DNA from: Hydrolagus affinis
Lineage: Eukaryota
NCBI GenBank assembly: GCA_012026655.1
Contig: JAAILG010000370.1
Location: 1 to 64,000, forward strand
DNA: 64,000 bases
Direction: 5' to 3'
Shown: one piece after another, positions 60,101-64,000 of the stretch
Position numbering within the stretch: position 1 is the stretch's first letter
Layout: the number at the start of each line of letters is the position of its first letter
Translations under genes and position numbers: made by a program
The notes under the pieces: generated by a model
What the model was told of the DNA's origin: nothing
What the model saw: only the letters and a program-made list of their open reading frames with translations
Databases searched by the model: none

Positions 60101-63100
60101 GTAAAGTAGTCAAGAGCTTCTGCACCAGGCCCCTGGTATATGATTTGACCTTTGTTCATCAAGGTTAAGCTATCAAATAGTCTGAAGATGGAATACCGGG
60201 GCTGATGGATTGAGAATATTATTGTTCGACGGTTTTGGGATAACCTGCAAATCAAAGATCTTCTAGTCATCTCAACCTCAGAATATTGTAGTGTGGTTCA
60301 TTTAGAAGGGGAAAGCACTTAATACTGGCCTGAATCATCTTCTAACCAAGATAACAAGGGACTAATCATCAATATTTTTTATAGTCAACATGTTTCAATT
60401 TGATGTTAAGGAGAAATAACTAAAGACTTTGTCTAATAGAAACACATAATTTGTTCCTCTTTCATTTTACCCATGGAAAAACTAGGCCAGTTAGCTCCAG
60501 ATACAGGTAAAGGGAAGTCAGGACTGTAAAGCAATATGTGTGTGCATCCCAAACAATTACAACTAATGTTACAAGAATTGCAGAAAAGCTACCTTTGTTT
60601 GGATCTGAAAGTCTGTTTAGCATGAAATAAAAGTTGAGAAAATGTATAGGACATCCAAAATACATTGATATACTATACATGTGAGTCATCCATCTCTCTG
60701 GGAGAAGTTGCATTGAAAACATGGTAAACTCCCTATTTACTCATTCAATACATGCCACCCAAAGCGTAATCTTTCATCAAGATTACGAGTCCAGTTACCA
60801 ACCCATTTTTGCTTCTTCCAAGCCAAACTGATTTGTTCTGTCAGTCTCCACATTCATTTAATTCAGGTATTCTTACATTCTACAACTTGATAAATTGCAC
60901 AAAGGCGGTATTAAGGATATGATACATAGCAAGAAATGAGTTTCAACAAGGGTTTACTATTTTTTGTGGCTATGAATAACCAAAGCAATGAGATGACTTA
61001 CATGTAAAGCAAGTGCATGATGGAATTGGCTGTGTTCGCATCCAGTCCAGTGGTGGGTTCATCTAAGAAGAGCAGGGAGGGTGATGTAATTAACTCCATT
61101 CCAACACTGCAGCGTTTTCGCTCTCCACCAGAAACCCCACGAAGGAATTCTGTTCCAACCTAGCATTGCAGCAATAGATTAACAACTCACGACTGAAAAT
61201 TTCAACCATACAAACAATTAAACCATTTTAAAACAAAGGTTTTACATATAGCTACAGACATTTGGGTGAAAATTTTACTTGTCGCTTACAGCAAACCAAA
61301 ACCCTAACGGGTAGGTAAGGTGGTCGTAGCTGGACACGTAGTGAGAATAGCTTGCCAGATAGCAATATCAATAATAATCCTTGCATTTGATATAGCTCCT
61401 TATTACATCTTATTACGAACCCAGGTCTCGCTTGCGAGGCGCGTGCTCTAACCACCGAGCTACAGGATTCCATATGGCAAGCTATGCTTTTCAGTTGGTT
61501 AGACTTCAATAATACCCCAACACACACTCTGGGGTCCCCAAGGCTTGGCTCTTGCTAACCTGTGGCCAATACTTTCTGGAAATGTGAAAGCAGGAAAAGT
61601 CCCTCCAGGGAGAGAGTGCGCATTCTATTCCAACAATCTATCTGCCGAATTGCCATCTTTAGATGGGATGCATGGAATTCTTGGGGTGGATACTGTTACC
61701 ATGATTTCATTGGATACTGCGAAGTAAAGTTTCAACATGTGTCAAGACAGGTTGTTGACCAAAAACTAATTGCAAAAATCCTTGCAATTGACATACCTTG
61801 GTATTAGCACAGTCCTGTAATCCAAGCTCTTTAATGATCTCATTCACCTTCTTTTGCCTCTCCTCAGCAGTGTACTCCTTTTTCGATAACCTAAGGTTAG
61901 CAGAAAACTCCAGATTCTCCCTCACACTTAATGTTCCCATTAGAATATCATCCTAGTTTTGAAAAAAAAAGTCTATTCATTCACAAATTGGTTGTAAAGC
62001 ATTTTAATTGATTCTTTAATTGACACAATATTAGCCATCTTCACAACACTGCCAGCAATTAAGAGGTCAACGTAGGGTCCGTTGATATGGAAATTTTCCG
62101 ATATCGATATATCGGTTGGCTCATATCGATATATACCGATATATCGATATCTCCGGGTTTTTTTGTACTGCGCATGCGCGCGCATTCGGAGGTGCGCGCA
62201 CATTCGGAGGTGTGCGCGCATTCCGATATGCGCGCGCATTCCGTGCTCTAGGCCCAGGAGGTTTGCAATGCCGGTGACAAGGTGAGTTGAAAAAGTTCGC
62301 TTTATACCGATATATACCGATATATCGATATATCGCCGGACACGATATACCGATATTTGCGATATATCTTTTTTTTTCCATATCGAATTTTTTGATACAT
62401 CGATATATTTGAATTTCCAATATCGGCATATCGTTATGAAAAATTATACCAATATAACCGATATATTGATATATCGCTGGACACTGGGTCAACGTGATCA
62501 TATCATGACAACGTGTGATCATTCTCACCTGCACTACATAAGCAGAGGGTTGATGAAAGCTTGAGTCTACCAATTGACCATTCAATAGAACCTGCCCTGA
62601 CTTGATCCCTTTGGGGTTCTTCCTGTGAGCCAGCACATCTAGAAGCCTTCAAAAACAAGGGACATCTTTTTGTTCGTACAGTATTGTGAGAAAACATTAG
62701 AGCATTTACAATTCTGACAGTTCAAGGCTTTTCTGTATGTTACTTACGATGTTTTGCCACTTCCTGTTGGTCCAAGGAGAGCATTCATGCCGGATTTCAT
62801 AATCCCACTGAAACAGACACCCTGCTGTAAATCAGTTTGAAGAGTACACATCCCCATTTATTCTATCCTCCATTATTGGCTAAACTGGTATTTTTAGTTC
62901 AGTGATAGTAATCATTTACAGCCTTTTCAAGAATTGACCTTCAAGCAGTTTGTCGATTAAGATTAAATTAACGATTTTTTAAAAATTCCACACGATCTTA
63001 CATTTTACATCAGTGGCCTTCAGGTTAAGATCATTTCACTTTGTGACACAGAGAATCCACACTTAGCTAAAAGCATCAATTAGGATACATTTCTGAGAAC

Positions 63101-63519
63101 AAAATCAATATATTTTTTAAAGAAGTCCTCTGGATAGCTACACATGGATTTATGCACAATTTTAAAAGTTTTAATTTCCAAAGATTAAAATGTTTTGGAG
63201 TACGTGACAAATAAACTGTCATTTTATGTGTTAATCCAAGCCTTTTCCCCTGTACAATAGGACTAGTTATCTGTGAGGTATGTCTCGTTTTTACATAACA
63301 ATTTAGAAACGTACCTGAAAAATTCAACACGGCTACTGCAGTGGTAAACAGTTAGGATATTTACCTTACATTTTGAAGGATCAATTTCTCCTCTCCTTTC
63401 TTGACACAGAATGTTTTCTTTATGTTCACAGCATAGCTGATGTTACTAAAAGTCAGAATGGGACCTGGGGATTCAAAATCATTTCCTTGTTCCTTTCTGC
63501 TCTGTTCCAATGTTTCCAT
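54019..63519 (-). CDS. ABCG2: ABCG2-like (BCRP-family) ABC half transporter, 15 coding exons, 1887 nt, ~628 aa; divergent paralog resembling the fish abcg2b/c type
   Basis: complement(join(54019..54166,54269..54321,54863..54952,55041..55195,56542..56666,58175..58264,58649..58800,58947..59128,59544..59636,60093..60244,61002..61159,61797..61952,62529..62646,62748..62807,63365..63519)). Walker [11 protein letters not shown]-loop YVVQDD, signature VSGGERKR, Walker [14 protein letters not shown]-loop [24 protein letters not shown]. Exon sizes 60/158/152/90/125/155/90/148 match human ABCG2. The start codon is uncertain. Confidence 0.92.
54269..54321 (-). CDS. ABCG2: ABCG2-like exon (short extracellular loop 3)
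   Basis: tag|[17 protein letters not shown](P)|gtaagt, 53 nt, phase 0/2 fits neighbours. Confidence 0.9.
54863..54952 (-). CDS. ABCG2: ABCG2-like exon
   Basis: [30 protein letters not shown], 90 nt. Confidence 0.95.
55041..55195 (-). CDS. ABCG2: ABCG2-like exon (TM4-TM5)
   Basis: [52 protein letters not shown], 155 nt. Confidence 0.95.
55282..55375 (-). mobile_element. SINE tail fragment
   Basis: ataataataatccttgcatttgatatagtgcttttcac..tctcaaagcgcttcacagaatatactgtaaagtgaattgact. Confidence 0.85.
55495..55960 (-). mobile_element. Tigger-like MITE, single-arm relative of copies A/B/C
   Basis: ta|cagtaaaagcccgtttatccgtgactcgat ... cacgggtgccggataaacgggcttttactg|ta; shares catcatggcttcaa..gcatctaccaacaaaggtga. 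Confidence 0.9.
56542..56666 (-). CDS. ABCG2: ABCG2-like exon (TM3)
   Basis: [41 protein letters not shown], 125 nt. Confidence 0.95.
57294..57393. other. Assembly gap (100 N)
   Basis: Run of n. Confidence 1.
57394..57575 (-). mobile_element. L2 3' fragment abutting the gap
   Basis: Very similar to 6956-7130 ([20 protein letters not shown]). Confidence 0.9.
58175..58264 (-). CDS. ABCG2: ABCG2-like exon (TM2)
   Basis: [29 protein letters not shown], 90 nt. Confidence 0.95.
58649..58800 (-). CDS. ABCG2: ABCG2-like exon (TM1)
   Basis: [51 protein letters not shown]. Confidence 0.92.
58947..59128 (-). CDS. ABCG2: ABCG2-like exon (linker)
   Basis: APVVTTYV...[18 protein letters not shown]...YPTSFWNQ|gtagat. 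Confidence 0.88.
59544..59636 (-). CDS. ABCG2: ABCG2-like exon
   Basis: [31 protein letters not shown]. Confidence 0.93.
59705..59856 (-). mobile_element. SINE 3' half
   Basis: aataataataatccttgcattt..ctcaaagcacttcatagaatatactgtaa..cagtgtcctacaaactgtcatg. Confidence 0.8.
60093..60244 (-). CDS. ABCG2: ABCG2-like exon (H-loop)
   Basis: [50 protein letters not shown]. Confidence 0.95.
61002..61159 (-). CDS. ABCG2: ABCG2-like exon (ABC signature, Walker B)
   Basis: [52 protein letters not shown]. Confidence 0.95.
61371..61472 (-). mobile_element. Internally deleted SINE (tRNA head joined directly to tail)
   Basis: ataataatccttgcatttgatatagc...gaacccaggtctcgcttgcgaggcgcgtgctctaaccaccgagctacagga. 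Confidence 0.8.
61797..61952 (-). CDS. ABCG2: ABCG2-like exon
   Basis: [52 protein letters not shown]. Confidence 0.95.
62073..62486 (+). mobile_element. CpG-rich hAT-type MITE with 8-bp TSD and subterminal (CGATAT) repeats
   Basis: TSD ggtcaacg at 62065-62072 and 62487-62494; imperfect TIRs tagggtccgttgatat / atatcgctggacactg; internal 4x18-bp gcgcgcgcattcggaggt-type repeat. Confidence 0.9.
62529..62646 (-). CDS. ABCG2: ABCG2-like exon (to Q-loop)
   Basis: [39 protein letters not shown]. Confidence 0.95.
62748..62807 (-). CDS. ABCG2: ABCG2-like exon (Walker A)
   Basis: [20 protein letters not shown], 60 nt, AG/GT bounded. Confidence 0.95.
63365..63519 (-). CDS. ABCG2: ABCG2-like first recognisable coding exon (exon acceptor at 63568)
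   Basis: METLEQ...[33 protein letters not shown]|gtaaat; frame is open back to the acceptor. Confidence 0.8.
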
Positions 63520-64000
63520 ATTGTCACCTACTGTAGAGCGGCCATTGTGAGCACTGACATAGTTGATTCTGGAGGTAAAGGTCAACTTGCATTACACAGT
63601 AAATATAAAGAGCAATAATAGTGAACACTCCCTTTGCTGATCACCAATACCTACATCCAGTATCAAAGTTCATTTAGACCCAGTTACATAACAAAATACA
63701 GTAGATAGAAGTTTGCGTCAGTTTATTGTAGACTGGTTGATATTTCAAGCCATCCCTGCATCTGAACTTTATATAGAACACTGATAGTACAGTATATTCA
63801 GAATGTTTGTCAATTTCTTGACATCAGCATATTTTGGTGTATTGGGAAGAATTTTGTTTAAAAGGTGTGAATGAAGTTTGAACTTCTTGGCAAGAAACTA
63901 AGATCTGGGAAACCGCACAACAGAGTAACATTTTAGAGGAATGAAAGGTGAATACATATTTGTTAAGTCAAGGAATCGAGGCATTTGGAGCAAAGGTGGG

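Noticed and set aside
62090-62480. Repeated cgatat units and 18-bp repeats resembling a CRISPR or iteron array
   Set aside because: There is no constant repeat with unique spacers, the context is eukaryotic, and the region is bounded by TIRs and an 8-bp TSD, so these are hAT subterminal repeats

Overview
Vertebrate genomic DNA that is AT-rich and intron-rich, with two 100-N assembly gaps (6715-6814, 57294-57393). The repeat complement (abundant L2 LINEs, a tRNA-derived SINE sharing the L2 3' tail, a Penelope-type palindrome) points to a cartilaginous fish, probably a chimaera; this is inference. Two convergent genes were reconstructed exon by exon with consistent splice phases. USP54 lies on + (21 coding exons, 10573-48919, ~1827 aa, one GC-AG intron). 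An ABCG2-like half-transporter lies on - (15 coding exons, 63519-54019, ~628 aa); it lacks all extracellular-loop-3 cysteines and has one intron position that differs from mammalian ABCG2. Introns carry many Tc1/mariner (Tigger-like) and hAT MITEs, SINEs and L2/CR1 fragments. The most striking observation concerns two copies of a hairpin-forming Tigger-like MITE (19303-20017 and 30852-31591). Relative to an unedited copy (12810-13535), they carry about 40 shared, same-strand A-to-G changes confined to the hairpin arms. This looks like an ADAR hyper-editing footprint written back into a DNA transposon and then amplified. The same two copies sit in inverted orientation immediately around USP54 coding exons 3-10, an architecture typical of back-spliced circRNAs. 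No prokaryotic-type systems (CRISPR arrays, operons) are present, and most short ORFs in the track are non-coding.
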